NCBI GenBank assembly: GCA_043783155.1
Contig: JAYVZS010000054.1
Span: 411 to 64,410 of the forward strand
DNA from: Bacteroidota bacterium
GTDB lineage: Bacteria > Bacteroidota > Bacteroidia > AKYH767-A > 2013-40CM-41-45
Direction: 5' to 3'
Length of the DNA: 64,000 nt
Shown: positions 47,622 to 57,862 of the stretch, piece by piece
Layout of the letters: each line of letters opens with the position of its first letter
Position numbering within the stretch: the first letter of the stretch is position 1
Notes under the pieces: model-generated
The model's input: only the letters and a program-made list of their open reading frames with translations
What the model was told of the DNA's origin: nothing
The model's database searches: none
Program-made: the position numbers and the translations under genes

Positions 47622-48499
47622 TACGTTGTATTATCTGTGAAGAAGATGATCGGATAGTTGGGGTGAGGCAACGATTTGGCGGAAACATTTTTGAGTGTCA
47701 GCGTTGCGGGCTTCAATTCCTGCTTCCACAGCCCGATGACGCGCGACTGAATACGATTTATGAAAAGGAATATTTTGAAACATGGGGAATCACAAACCAG
47801 GAACCAATTGTAAGGGAGCTTAAGATGAAAACTTTTCGACTACGTTTTAAAGTAATCGAAAGTGAGTTGAAGTCAGGTGATAAAATTCTTGATTGTGGTT
47901 GTGCTACCGGTTACCTGCTGGAGGCGGGAAAAGAAGCCGGGTATGAACCGTTTGGTGTTGACTTATCCGAGTTCGCGGCGAAGGAGTCGATTCGTAAATT
48001 CGGTGGGAGTCGTATTTATTGCGGTCAGTTAGAACACGCTCAGTTCGAAGACAATCCTTCAAAAATTTTTTCCGCGCTTTTTTTGATGGACTATATAGAA
48101 CATGTCCGTAACCCTAAAGACGTATTAAAACTTGCTGCCTCCATGTTAAAAGAGAATGGCAGTATTGTAATCAGTACTCCAAAACTGAACAGCATGAGCC
48201 ATCGTTTAATGGGAAAGGGGTGGTCGCATTACAAAGAAGAGCATCTGTTTTATTTTTCATTTGAAGCAATGAAAAAGATCCTCGAAGAATCCGGATTTAC
48301 AGAGATAGGTGAGCATCCTCCGTATAAATATTTATCCCTGGATTATATCAAAGGTCATTTCAATGTATATCCGCATTCATTTTTTACTCCTGTCATTAAC
48401 TTGATATGGAAAATTCTTCCTGCGTCGTTTTGTAACCGGCCATTCCCGATACAGTTAGGTGATTTGGTGGTGACTGGAAAAAAGGCATCAAGAAACTGA
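47609..48499 (+). CDS. class I SAM-dependent methyltransferase with N-terminal zinc-ribbon
   Basis: CIICEED...CQRCG forms a four-Cys ribbon. Motif I is ILDCGCATGYLL. Its start overlaps the GT9 gene stop by 13 nt. Confidence 0.6.
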   Translation: MGDVIRCIICEEDDRIVGVRQRFGGNIFECQRCGLQFLLPQPDDARLNTIYEKEYFETWGITNQEPIVRELKMKTFRLRFKVIESELKSGDKILDCGCATGYLLEAGKEAGYEPFGVDLSEFAAKESIRKFGGSRIYCGQLEHAQFEDNPSKIFSALFLMDYIEHVRNPKDVLKLAASMLKENGSIVISTPKLNSMSHRLMGKGWSHYKEEHLFYFSFEAMKKILEESGFTEIGEHPPYKYLSLDYIKGHFNVYPHSFFTPVINLIWKILPASFCNRPFPIQLGDLVVTGKKASRN

Positions 48500-48519
48500 A
48501 TGCACGAGAACGTGTCACC

Positions 48520-49473
48520 TTAAAATACTCTCCTCACTTGTTTTTTAGCGTTGTCGATGCTGGCGTTTAATTCAAAACCGAGAATCAATATAAGTGAATT
48601 GAAATAAATCCAAAGCATGATCACGATCAGTGTCCCGATAGAACCATACAATTTGTTGTATTGTCCGAAGTTGTTTACAAAATAGGCGAATCCGACAGAT
48701 GCAAGGATGGACAAAACAGTTGCGAATGTTGAACCGGCAGAAATGAATCTCCACCTCTTTCTGACAGATGGCGCGTAATAATAGAGAAATGAAATTGCGA
48801 AGAAAAATAATGCAAGAACAATGATCCATTTGCTGAACAACAACAATCCAACCTGTGTTTTAGTTTTCAGAATGTGCTGGTGAACGAGGTGCCTCGTTGC
48901 TATTTCTCCGAAGATGATCAAAATAGTGGCGACAATCAAAAGAACAGACAAGATTAATGTAAGAACAAGTGCCGCTCGTCTTCGTTGCCATGGAGTACGG
49001 CTTTCACTTACATGATACGATGAATTGAAACCTTTCATCAGCGCCATGAAACCATTGCTGGTAAAATAAAGAGCAAGAAGAAACCCGACAGAAAGTAGTC
49101 CACTTCGCTGATGCTTGATGATATCTTCGATGGTGCTTCTCGTGGCATCATAGGCATTGTTAGGAAGCACGTTTTTTATTAACTCAAGCAACTGATCCTG
49201 GAAATCGTGAAGCGGAACGTATGGAATAAGTGAAAAGAGGAAAATGATGGCGGGAAAAAGCGCCAGGAAAAAACTGAACGCCAGAGATTGAGCTCTTGTT
49301 TTAATTCCACCACGTTGAATGCCTGTGAAAAAAAAATCTGAAACATCATAAACAGCTAAACCATCGAACCCGGGAAGAGCAACACGTTTGGTGTAATTTA
49401 CAAATGATCGTACCGGAGATGAGTAGACAATGCTACGTACTATTTTCCTTAAAAAAGAAATTCGTTTTTTCAA
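48520..49473 (-). CDS. YihY/BrkB family inner-membrane protein
   Basis: N-terminal DGLAVYDVSDFFFTGIQRGGIKTRAQSLAFSFFLALFPAIIFLFSL is the hallmark of YihY (the family formerly called RNase BN-like). There are six TM helices. Confidence 0.75.
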   Translation of the reverse strand: MKKRISFLRKIVRSIVYSSPVRSFVNYTKRVALPGFDGLAVYDVSDFFFTGIQRGGIKTRAQSLAFSFFLALFPAIIFLFSLIPYVPLHDFQDQLLELIKNVLPNNAYDATRSTIEDIIKHQRSGLLSVGFLLALYFTSNGFMALMKGFNSSYHVSESRTPWQRRRAALVLTLILSVLLIVATILIIFGEIATRHLVHQHILKTKTQVGLLLFSKWIIVLALFFFAISFLYYYAPSVRKRWRFISAGSTFATVLSILASVGFAYFVNNFGQYNKLYGSIGTLIVIMLWIYFNSLILILGFELNASIDNAKKQVRRVF

Positions 49474-49487
49474 AGTGCATTAACCGT

Positions 49488-50324
49488 TTAACGGATCATT
49501 TTCAAACTGATGTCGAGACTTTTATAAGAGTGGGTGAGCGCCCCGACAGAAATAAAATCTACACCCGACTCGGAAACCTCACGGATGTTTTCAAATGTTA
49601 TTCCTCCCGATGCTTCGGTTTCAAATTTATTATTGATCAGATGAACAGCTTCTTTTAATTGATCCGTAGTGAAGTTGTCGAGCATGATGCGGTGAATGTT
49701 TCCGCAACCAAGAACTTCTCTTACTTCGTCGAGGTTTCGTGTTTCAATTTCAATTTGAAGATTTTTATTTTTACTGACGAGGTACTCGTTGGCCTTTCCG
49801 ATGGCCTTTGTAATTCCGCCGCAAGCATCGATGTGATTATCTTTTATCATGATCATGTCGAACAGCCCAAAGCGATGGTTGTAACCACCACCAATCTTCA
49901 CCGCCTGCTTTTCAAAGAAGCGAAAGTTAGGAGTTGTTTTCCTGGTATCGAGAAGCTTTGCCCTTGTGCCTGAAATTTTTTCAACCATTTTTCGGGTTAA
50001 AGTCGCAATGCCACTCATTCTCTGCATGCAATTAAGCAGCAGGCGTTCCGCTTTCAATATAGATTGAATATTTCCTTCGATATCAATTACAATGTCTCCT
50101 TTTTTTACGATTACTCCTTCCTGCATTTTTACTTTTGCAACAATTCTGTTATCGACCTGATTCAGGATTTGAGTAGCAAGCGTAACCCCGGCAACCACGC
50201 CATCCTCTTTAATTTTCACATGTGCCTTGCCAGTTGCAGTTTCATCAATGCAGGCAAGTGAAGTATGATCACCATCACCAACATCCTCCTTCAGGGAAAG
50301 AGCGATGAATTCGTAATTATTCAT
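49488..50324 (-). CDS. nadC: nicotinate-nucleotide pyrophosphorylase (carboxylating) / quinolinate phosphoribosyltransferase
   Basis: LKEDVGDGDHTS and the TRKTTPNFR...DNH QPRTase motifs are present. The track ORF extends to 50456, but the start was chosen at MNNYEF by typical NadC length. It is uncertain by ±40 codons. Confidence 0.7.
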   Translation of the reverse strand: MNNYEFIALSLKEDVGDGDHTSLACIDETATGKAHVKIKEDGVVAGVTLATQILNQVDNRIVAKVKMQEGVIVKKGDIVIDIEGNIQSILKAERLLLNCMQRMSGIATLTRKMVEKISGTRAKLLDTRKTTPNFRFFEKQAVKIGGGYNHRFGLFDMIMIKDNHIDACGGITKAIGKANEYLVSKNKNLQIEIETRNLDEVREVLGCGNIHRIMLDNFTTDQLKEAVHLINNKFETEASGGITFENIREVSESGVDFISVGALTHSYKSLDISLKMIR

Positions 50325-50442
50325 ACCTGAAATGCCTTGTTCGTCCGTCATCATTTCTGCAAAGATAGTTTTGTAACCTTCCTGAAAAAGAAAACACTGT
50401 CTTTTGATACAGACAGTGTTTTCAACAGGATAAGCACCTCGG

Positions 50443-50829
50443 TTATTCGGTTTCAAAACGGATTTCCTGAATCAGGTATTTCCCGGAAGTCATCTTAACA
50501 AAGAATGAGACGCGGAATGATTTACTGCTTAGGGTTGTTAGATTACCGATTGCATAGAGTGTCCCTTCCTTTGATGATCCTTTATGAAGAATGGAAAAGG
50601 TCTTTGGTGTGTTTTTACTTAGAAAGTCTTTTAGGATCAATTCCGCCTGTGCTTTACTATATACATCTTCCTGATTTACGATGGTCAGATCAACATTGTT
50701 ACCAAAATATACTGCTATCTGTCTGGAATCACCGGAGCGAATCGCGTTTGCGATTTCATCGTAAATATCCAATGCTTTTGCCGATGATACGACCAAGAAA
50801 AGAAGCAAAAATAGTTTAAAGAATTTCAT
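50443..50829 (-). CDS. DUF4783-like small secreted protein
   Basis: Signal peptide MKFFKLFLLLFLVVSSAKA on a ~125-aa protein. The start was chosen at the SP, whereas the track ORF is longer. The family assignment is from memory. Confidence 0.35.
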   Translation of the reverse strand: MKFFKLFLLLFLVVSSAKALDIYDEIANAIRSGDSRQIAVYFGNNVDLTIVNQEDVYSKAQAELILKDFLSKNTPKTFSILHKGSSKEGTLYAIGNLTTLSSKSFRVSFFVKMTSGKYLIQEIRFETE

Positions 50830-50939
50830 TGGGAATTTGTTTGGGCGGCATTTCTCAAATATCAAGCCAACAAACCCTTTATAACTCGATGGTTGAAGGG
50901 CAGTTGGTTGATGAAAAGATTGTTTTTTTAGTGTACAAT

Positions 50940-52403
50940 TCATCCCTTTGTTGAAGTTAAATCACTCTTCTTAAAAAACAATTGCATAAGCAGGTATGCT
51001 GCAGGAATCAGGAGAAGTATGTCGCATTGAAGGAGAAACCGTATCTCAATGTTTCTCCAAAAGAACGAAAGATAAAGATACCATGTTAACATAAAGAATG
51101 AAACCAGAATGATAAAGCCGGGGTTGAAAAAACGTTTCCTGATAGCCAGGAGTATCCCCCATAGTCCAAAGAAGATAAACAAGGTTCGGAACAGGAACAA
51201 CGATGATGATACCAATTTTACAAATTTACTTTTATTACCATAGAGACTGAATTTAAAGAAACATTTTTTAAGATTGCCGAGTGGAACATTGACCCAATAA
51301 TTGAACGCATTATTTGATTTTTGTTTCAGATAAAGTGATGTAAATATTTTGTCAATCTGTGTATCGCAGTTTTCAGCAGGTAAAACAGGGTGTTTCCGTA
51401 TACCTTCTGAGACTCCCCAGAAACTGAAACCAGTGCCGCACGTCCTGCATAACTGAACCACAGAATCTAACAGGATAGAATCGCCTGGGTCGAGGTAAGC
51501 TTGTTTTGGCCAGATCACTTTTTTATTACCCAGAATCTGGTAGTATTCAGGAGTGATATCTGTTGTGACAGAGTGGGAAAATTTTATAAAAGATAAAAAA
51601 TCTATTGACCACACATTCCCTACATTCATCAGGTCCTGGGAAAAGAGAACCCGATGTTGCAGAAAAATGTTACGGGCAGGCCACAAGCCGTATGTTACCA
51701 ATACGCCAAATAAAAACAGCATCGACAACTTGATTTTCTTTTTCAGAAAGAATTCATTTGAGTATAAAAAGCCAAGTGCAATAAACGGAATGCAAAATGC
51801 GCATTGCAGCCGAAGAAGTGTTGCTATACCTGCGAACATCCCACTTAAAAAAATCGTTCGGCCGGTTGTGGGTTTAAACATGAAATAAATACTAAGCAGG
51901 ACAAAGAATACACTGGGGGTTTCCGCATACAGCACAGGTGTCCATACGACTGCAAATGGATAAATGGCATAAAGCAGACCCGAGACATTGCTGAACAACC
52001 GTTTTTTTTCTTCAGACGAATTCCTAACAACTTGTCCGGCAATTTTAGAGACGAGGTAAATGCTGGCAATGTCCATCACGATCTGCACCGCCACAAGTAA
52101 TTTCGATGCAAGCAAAAGATTCTTGAATGTGATCAGGTAAAAGATGCCGAATAAAAAAGAGTAACCAGGAGGCCTGAAAAACTTGCCCGCTTCATTCGCT
52201 ATATTTGTTGTAAAAGTTCCTTTCTCCCATAAATTGGTAAAGGCATCAAACCAAAGACTTGTATCATTCTGGAAAAAGAAATCGGGCTTCCCGTAATATA
52301 TTTTACCAAGAACAAAGACAAACAGAAGCCTGATTACAGTTCCTATAATGAGGATATGGAATATTGATTTTTCCCTTGTCAAAAAGCGAGCAACCGGGTT
52401 CAT
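50940..52403 (-). CDS. polytopic membrane protein, GT-C (PMT_2/ArnT-like) glycosyltransferase candidate
   Basis: At least 10 TM helices. The N-terminal architecture parallels the 45073 gene. No catalytic motif was verified. Confidence 0.4.
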   Translation of the reverse strand: MNPVARFLTREKSIFHILIIGTVIRLLFVFVLGKIYYGKPDFFFQNDTSLWFDAFTNLWEKGTFTTNIANEAGKFFRPPGYSFLFGIFYLITFKNLLLASKLLVAVQIVMDIASIYLVSKIAGQVVRNSSEEKKRLFSNVSGLLYAIYPFAVVWTPVLYAETPSVFFVLLSIYFMFKPTTGRTIFLSGMFAGIATLLRLQCAFCIPFIALGFLYSNEFFLKKKIKLSMLFLFGVLVTYGLWPARNIFLQHRVLFSQDLMNVGNVWSIDFLSFIKFSHSVTTDITPEYYQILGNKKVIWPKQAYLDPGDSILLDSVVQLCRTCGTGFSFWGVSEGIRKHPVLPAENCDTQIDKIFTSLYLKQKSNNAFNYWVNVPLGNLKKCFFKFSLYGNKSKFVKLVSSSLFLFRTLFIFFGLWGILLAIRKRFFNPGFIILVSFFMLTWYLYLSFFWRNIEIRFLLQCDILLLIPAAYLLMQLFFKKSDLTSTKG

Positions 52404-52651
52404 GGTTTATTTTTTTTTAGAATAGAAATAATCTTAACATCAAGGTTGATCATTTCATGTTATCGTTCAACGATTAATTAATTAAACGAAGATGCATTAC
52501 TCTCAGGTTTCAAGTTTAGATATTATAACCTGCAAAAATACATTTACACATCAATTAAGCAAGAAGGAAATTAAAGTTGTAAGAATAATAAAAAGTGTTC
52601 ATATAAACAGCACCTGAAATTTCACTTATCTTCGGGGCAAACGATTCAAAC

Positions 52652-53116
52652 ATGAAACTGGAATTTTTGTTTGTTGGCAAAACATCGGAGAAATACCTGG
52701 AAGAGGGAATTCAAATTTATCTGAAGAGACTAAAACACTACGCTTCTGTTACCATTTCTGTCGTTGCGTCTCTTTCGACCGGGAATAAAGATGCGGTTAT
52801 AAAAAAGGAATCAGAGTTGATTCTGAAAAAAATCGGTGATAGGGATTTTGTCGTTTTGCTTGATGAAGGCGGAAAGGAGTTTAGTTCTGTTCATTTTGCT
52901 GATTTCATTGCTAAATCGATGGTCGGCGGAAATTCTCGATTTTTTTTTATTGTAGGTGGGGCTTACGGTGTTTCCGGGGATGTCGTTGAACGATCCAATC
53001 TCAGGCTATCTTTTTCAAAATTCACGCTCACTCACCAGATGATCCGTATTTTCCTGCTTGAACAAGTATATCGGGCCATGACGATTTTAAAAAAAGAACC
53101 CTATCATCATGCCTGA
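52652..53116 (+). CDS. rlmH: 23S rRNA (pseudouridine1915-N3)-methyltransferase
   Basis: The 154-aa SPOUT protein has the RlmH pattern: MKLEFLFVGK..., VVLLDEGGKEFSS, FIVGGAYG and LTHQMIRI. Confidence 0.85.
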   Translation: MKLEFLFVGKTSEKYLEEGIQIYLKRLKHYASVTISVVASLSTGNKDAVIKKESELILKKIGDRDFVVLLDEGGKEFSSVHFADFIAKSMVGGNSRFFFIVGGAYGVSGDVVERSNLRLSFSKFTLTHQMIRIFLLEQVYRAMTILKKEPYHHA

Positions 53117-53196
53117 TGAGCCGGAACCGATTTTGGATATTCTAAGAATATTGGAGGAAAAGATATTTGTCCGACTTTGTACTTTCTTGATGAAAA

Positions 53197-53232
53197 CCTT
53201 CTGATTACGCGGATACAGAAGGATCTTTTTTA
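53197..53232 (+). terminator. candidate rho-independent terminator
   Basis: CCTTCTG-attacgcggata-CAGAAGG followed by ATCTTTTTTA, ~80 nt downstream of rlmH. Confidence 0.4.
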
Positions 53233-53327
53233 TCGGGTATTTTTTTTCGTAATTTCGAAAAAACTAACCTCCCGGCAGCCGGGACTAAATTCTTAGTGAT
53301 TACCTTTGACTTTATAACCATAATGGG

Positions 53328-54674
53328 ATGAACGAATACGTTTCTTTTATTGATATTTTTTTATGTTGCGTTCTGTTGATTTGCTTTTATTTTTATGGTT
53401 CATCAAGAAAAAATCGTTTGATTGAAACAGAGCCTTACTACAGGTATTTTTTGCCCGGATTATTCGTTAAAGTTCTTGGCGGTTTAGGATTGTGTTTTGT
53501 CTATTTATATTATTACGAAGGAGGTGATACCCTCGCTTATTTCCATGACAATAAGTGTATATCGAGGCTGTTTATGGAGAATCCTGCTGCAGCGTTCAAA
53601 TTCACTTTTGGCCAGGTCGACCAGCAATTGTTGTCTTCATTTGATAGCTATACTGATTACCCGGTTTACCTGTTCGATAGTCATGCGATTTATGTGGTTA
53701 AGATTACATGGATTCTTTCGCTGATAACCTTTAACAGTTACCTCGGTCAAACGATGCTGATTTCTCTTTTATCGTTTCTGGTGATGTGGAGACTCTATAA
53801 AATGTTTATTACAGAATTTCCTATGTTACAAAAAGGATTGGCCTACGCAATATTATTTATTCCTTCGGTAGTTTTTTGGGGATCGGGGTTGTTAAAAGAT
53901 ACGATTACTCTGGCTTCGCTGGCATTGTTTACATCTTCTTTTTACAGAATCATTAAACTGAAGTCAGGATACTTTTTAAACAGTATAATCATGATCGTGT
54001 CAACATGGGCAATGATCAGAATTAAACCATATATTTTTATCGCGTTGCTTCCCGGTATACTTGTCTGGTTTTCCAGGTATCAAATGGAGAAGATGAAAAA
54101 TAAGATGATTCGGTCAGCACTCACTCCAATTCTCCTTTTTATTACACTCTTTTTAGCTTTTTTGTTTTTAAGGAATATGGGTGAATCTTTGGGAGAATAT
54201 TCTTTGTCCAATGTCGTTGACAGAGCTGTTGTATCACAACAGGAATTAAAACAGGATTATTACCATGGGTCTTCATTTGACATCGGGAATATTGATCCGT
54301 CGTTAAGCGGTATTCTTGCCAAAGCGCCTATCGCAATTACGTCGGCACTTTTCAGACCTTTTATATGGGAAACCTATAACCCGGCCATGATTGTATCTGG
54401 GGTAGAAAATCTTATCATCTTGGCATTTACGCTTTACCTTCTCGTGAAGTTAAGGGTGTATAATTTTTTTAGGTTGGTATTCAATCATCCGCTTTTATTT
54501 TTTTGTGTTTCATTCAGTTTGTTTTTTGCTTTTTCAGTAGGTTTGTCTACCTCAAATTTCGGTGCCTTAGTGCGATACAAGATTCCGGCAATTCCTTTTT
54601 TTGTTGCCAGCCTCGTCATTACTAATTACTATTATCTTGAGATGAAGAAGGAAGAAATAAAGAAGAAAGAATAG
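53328..54674 (+). CDS. polytopic membrane protein (possible Wzy/EpsG-like glycan polymerase)
   Basis: ~12 TM helices and a location inside the glycosyltransferase cluster. No motif was recognised. Confidence 0.3.
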   Translation: MNEYVSFIDIFLCCVLLICFYFYGSSRKNRLIETEPYYRYFLPGLFVKVLGGLGLCFVYLYYYEGGDTLAYFHDNKCISRLFMENPAAAFKFTFGQVDQQLLSSFDSYTDYPVYLFDSHAIYVVKITWILSLITFNSYLGQTMLISLLSFLVMWRLYKMFITEFPMLQKGLAYAILFIPSVVFWGSGLLKDTITLASLALFTSSFYRIIKLKSGYFLNSIIMIVSTWAMIRIKPYIFIALLPGILVWFSRYQMEKMKNKMIRSALTPILLFITLFLAFLFLRNMGESLGEYSLSNVVDRAVVSQQELKQDYYHGSSFDIGNIDPSLSGILAKAPIAITSALFRPFIWETYNPAMIVSGVENLIILAFTLYLLVKLRVYNFFRLVFNHPLLFFCVSFSLFFAFSVGLSTSNFGALVRYKIPAIPFFVASLVITNYYYLEMKKEEIKKKE

Positions 54675-54839
54675 CGTAGTAAAAACGTTATTTTTGTTCA
54701 ATCTCACTGTTTTGCTTCAAAGCCCCGCTTTAATTTTTTTTTGGTTGATCCCTTCATGATCTGTTATATTTGCAGCCAATGTTAAATGATGAGAATCCTC
54801 ATGAACGGATTAGAGGTCAGGATTTAACTTCAATGACAG

Positions 54840-55817
54840 ATGAAAAACGGAGCCTTTATTATTTCTCTTGACTTTGAACTGTATTGGGGAGTACGTGATA
54901 CGAGAAGCATTGAGGCATACGGGGATCATATTCTTGGAGTTCAAAAAGTGATTCCTGTTTTGCTTGATCTGTTTGAACGCTATAATATAAAAGCAACTTT
55001 CGCTACCGTCGGTTTTTTGTTTTGTTCCGGGAAAGATGAGTTGTTGGAATCGTTTCCCACCGCATTTCCGTCCTATCACAATTCGTTGTTGTCGCCCTAC
55101 AATGGGTATATAAAAAGTCTTGGCAAAAATGAGACGGAAGATCCGTATCATTTTGCTCCTTCACTGATCAGGATGATCATGCAGAAAGAACAACATGAGA
55201 TTGCCACTCATACATTCTCCCATTATTATTGTCTGGAAGAAGGTCAGACAGCTGAACAATTTCAAGCCGACCTTGTGGCTGCAAAGAAATCTGCAAAAAA
55301 AATAGGAGTTGAATTTAAAAGTATTGTTTTCCCCCGAAACCAATACCACAGCGAATACCTGCAAATCTGCAGAACGGAAGGGCTCACAGCCTTCAGAGGC
55401 AATGAAGATTCGTGGCTTTATAATCCGCGCAGCCGGGGAGATGAATCGTTGGTGCGAAGAGCGTTGCGTTTACTCGACAGCTATGTAAATATTTCGGGCG
55501 TGCATACTCATTTCCCCGGTGTTGAGAAAGAACTTTGTAACATTCCATCCAGTCGGTTTCTGAGACCTTACAACACTCGTCTGGCAATCTTTGACGGGTT
55601 GAAGCTGAACAGGATAAAAAAACAAATGACTTCGGCAGCGGCAGGAAAACAACTGTTTCATCTCTGGTTTCATCCACATAACTTCGGCACTCATTTGAAT
55701 CAGAATGTAAACTTCCTCGAACAGGTGCTCATTCACTTTCAATCTCTTCAAAACGAAAAAGAATTTGCTTCTATGACTATGAATGAAGTTGCATCCGATT
55801 ATTTCAGTTCAAATTAA
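54840..55817 (+). CDS. polysaccharide deacetylase family protein (NodB-homology)
   Basis: The N-terminal ISLDFELYWG is the Asp-containing motif 1 of carbohydrate esterase 4-like proteins, and HTFSH carries the His motif. Confidence 0.6.
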   Translation: MKNGAFIISLDFELYWGVRDTRSIEAYGDHILGVQKVIPVLLDLFERYNIKATFATVGFLFCSGKDELLESFPTAFPSYHNSLLSPYNGYIKSLGKNETEDPYHFAPSLIRMIMQKEQHEIATHTFSHYYCLEEGQTAEQFQADLVAAKKSAKKIGVEFKSIVFPRNQYHSEYLQICRTEGLTAFRGNEDSWLYNPRSRGDESLVRRALRLLDSYVNISGVHTHFPGVEKELCNIPSSRFLRPYNTRLAIFDGLKLNRIKKQMTSAAAGKQLFHLWFHPHNFGTHLNQNVNFLEQVLIHFQSLQNEKEFASMTMNEVASDYFSSN

Positions 55818-55818
55818 A

Positions 55819-56616
55819 ATGAATCAAAACAAAACATTAGAGACACGGCAGCAAGCCATTGAACGGCATAACATCGACAGTGGAATTTTCCAGGGACGCT
55901 ACAAAGATTTCAGCGGAGGAAAATTTACGGATGAGTTTATTTACGGACGTTACCAGTTATCGGAAGAAATTGAAGAGGAGTTAAACCGTTTACCTGCCGG
56001 TGCAAGTGTCCTTGATCTTGGTTGTGGAACCGGTCATTTTTCAAATTATATGCTAACAAAGGGATTCAAGGTGCATGCCATTGATCCTTCTGTTAGGATG
56101 CTGGAATTTGCACGGAATAATTTCCCTGATATTAATTTTCTTGAAGGAGTTGCATCATCACTTCCTTTTCCTGATAATTTTTTTGACTTCATTATTTCCA
56201 TTGAAGTCCTGCGCTATCTTGATACGGCTGACATTAAACAGGCGTATGCTGAAATGTATCGTGTCCTGAAACCGGGAGGTCGAATTCTTGTCACCCATGT
56301 AAATCTGTTTGCTTCCGACTTTTACTTCTTTTTTTATCACTTGAAACAACAAATTTTGAAAGTCAGAAAGCAACCGTTGCATGCCTGCTATTTTACAACT
56401 CCCTCAAAAGAAAATGCATTGGCTGCAGCTGCCGGTTTTTCATCTGTAAAATCTACAGGAAGAATGTTTGCATCGATTCGCATCGGCTATAAATTCGGAA
56501 AAATGATCGGCGTAAGATATGCACGTTTACTGGAAATGTTTAGCCGTAAACAAAAATTCACTGCCGGGTTTTCACGTTTGATAGCAGGGCATTTGGTACT
56601 CACTGCTGAAAAATAA
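55819..56616 (+). CDS. class I SAM-dependent methyltransferase
   Basis: Motif I VLDLGCGTGHFS, motif II ISIEVL, and post I/II LKPGGRILV. The start was chosen at the internal M to avoid a 35-nt overlap with the deacetylase. Confidence 0.65.
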   Translation: MNQNKTLETRQQAIERHNIDSGIFQGRYKDFSGGKFTDEFIYGRYQLSEEIEEELNRLPAGASVLDLGCGTGHFSNYMLTKGFKVHAIDPSVRMLEFARNNFPDINFLEGVASSLPFPDNFFDFIISIEVLRYLDTADIKQAYAEMYRVLKPGGRILVTHVNLFASDFYFFFYHLKQQILKVRKQPLHACYFTTPSKENALAAAAGFSSVKSTGRMFASIRIGYKFGKMIGVRYARLLEMFSRKQKFTAGFSRLIAGHLVLTAEK

Positions 56617-56634
56617 GATTAGTTCTTACTTTGA

Positions 56635-57855
56635 TTATTTTTCTAATTCAAGATAAATTTCAGAATAAAAATTTACGCCTCGATCCAGTGAAAATTCATG
56701 CCTGGCAAAATCCCTGATTTTTGTTTTGTCTTTTTCAAGCAACAAGGGGATTTGTTTAATTGCCCGATCATATTCGTTGTTTGTGAATTGATCAATTAAT
56801 AATCCTGCTCCCGACTTTGTGATGATTTCTTCCGTGTCTCCGATTCGTGTGTTGCAGATAACAGGAATTCCCATCGACAAGAGCTCTGCTTGTTTGGTAG
56901 GTGAGGATGCGATTTTTGAATACGTTGGCTTGATAAAAAATATCGAAACACTACTAAGTGCAAGCAATCCTGGCACATCGTTCCTCTTTGCTTTCACCAC
57001 CATGATTTTTTCTGCCGGAATATTTTTCTGGATGGCCGACTGCATTATTTTTTCCTTTGGATGATACGTCACAAACAGAAACGTAGCATTCGGATATTGA
57101 ATGATTAGATGCCTGAAAAAGTCAAGCATCTCATCGAGGAGATACCACGTTCCTAACGCACCAAGATAGGAAAGAACGAAATCATCTTTGCTGATGGATA
57201 ATTTTTCCTTTAATGAATACTGTTGTTGAAGATTGGTTTTTGACGGGTCGAATAGGAGTGTATCTACGCAGCAGGGGATCACCTGTAGCTTAGAAGGAGC
57301 TATTGAAAAATGATCAACAATTATTTTTTTTGCCGCATACGTAAGTGTTACTATTTTATCAGCAGCATGAAAGAATATTTTTTCCTTTCGCTTGAAATAT
57401 TGATAGATGTACCGATACATTATTTTTTTTTGATTCCATAAACCTCCTTCCACCCTTTCGTCAGCATAAAAGCCGCGTATGTCGAAAATAAATTTCAATC
57501 TGAATTTTTTTTTCATCAGCATTCCTGCAAATGCCGTGATGTAGCTTCTGCAATGAACAATCCGGTAATTGTTTTCTTTGTGCAGCCGGATGCATTCCTG
57601 CTTCAGTTTCAGAATATCAAAAATGGTTGAAATAACCGGAGGATGTCTTGTATACTTTAAGGGAACCCAGTTTATTTTTTTCTCATCTAATTTTTCTTTT
57701 ATCGATTGATGAGACTCCCCGATAGCTTCTCTTTTCTCAAAGCTTACAATGGTAATGGAGAACCCTTTCTCGGCAAGCTGCAGGAGATAAGGCATGATCT
57801 GCGATTGTCCCAGCGGATCTGATAGGCCATCGTATGTCAGGTAAAGAATTTTCAT
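56635..57855 (-). CDS. glycosyltransferase family 4 (GT-B fold)
   Basis: N-terminal MKILYLTYDGLSDPLGQSQ and a C-terminal E-x7-E-like region. Confidence 0.6.
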   Translation of the reverse strand: MKILYLTYDGLSDPLGQSQIMPYLLQLAEKGFSITIVSFEKREAIGESHQSIKEKLDEKKINWVPLKYTRHPPVISTIFDILKLKQECIRLHKENNYRIVHCRSYITAFAGMLMKKKFRLKFIFDIRGFYADERVEGGLWNQKKIMYRYIYQYFKRKEKIFFHAADKIVTLTYAAKKIIVDHFSIAPSKLQVIPCCVDTLLFDPSKTNLQQQYSLKEKLSISKDDFVLSYLGALGTWYLLDEMLDFFRHLIIQYPNATFLFVTYHPKEKIMQSAIQKNIPAEKIMVVKAKRNDVPGLLALSSVSIFFIKPTYSKIASSPTKQAELLSMGIPVICNTRIGDTEEIITKSGAGLLIDQFTNNEYDRAIKQIPLLLEKDKTKIRDFARHEFSLDRGVNFYSEIYLELEK

Positions 57856-57862
57856 TGAACGA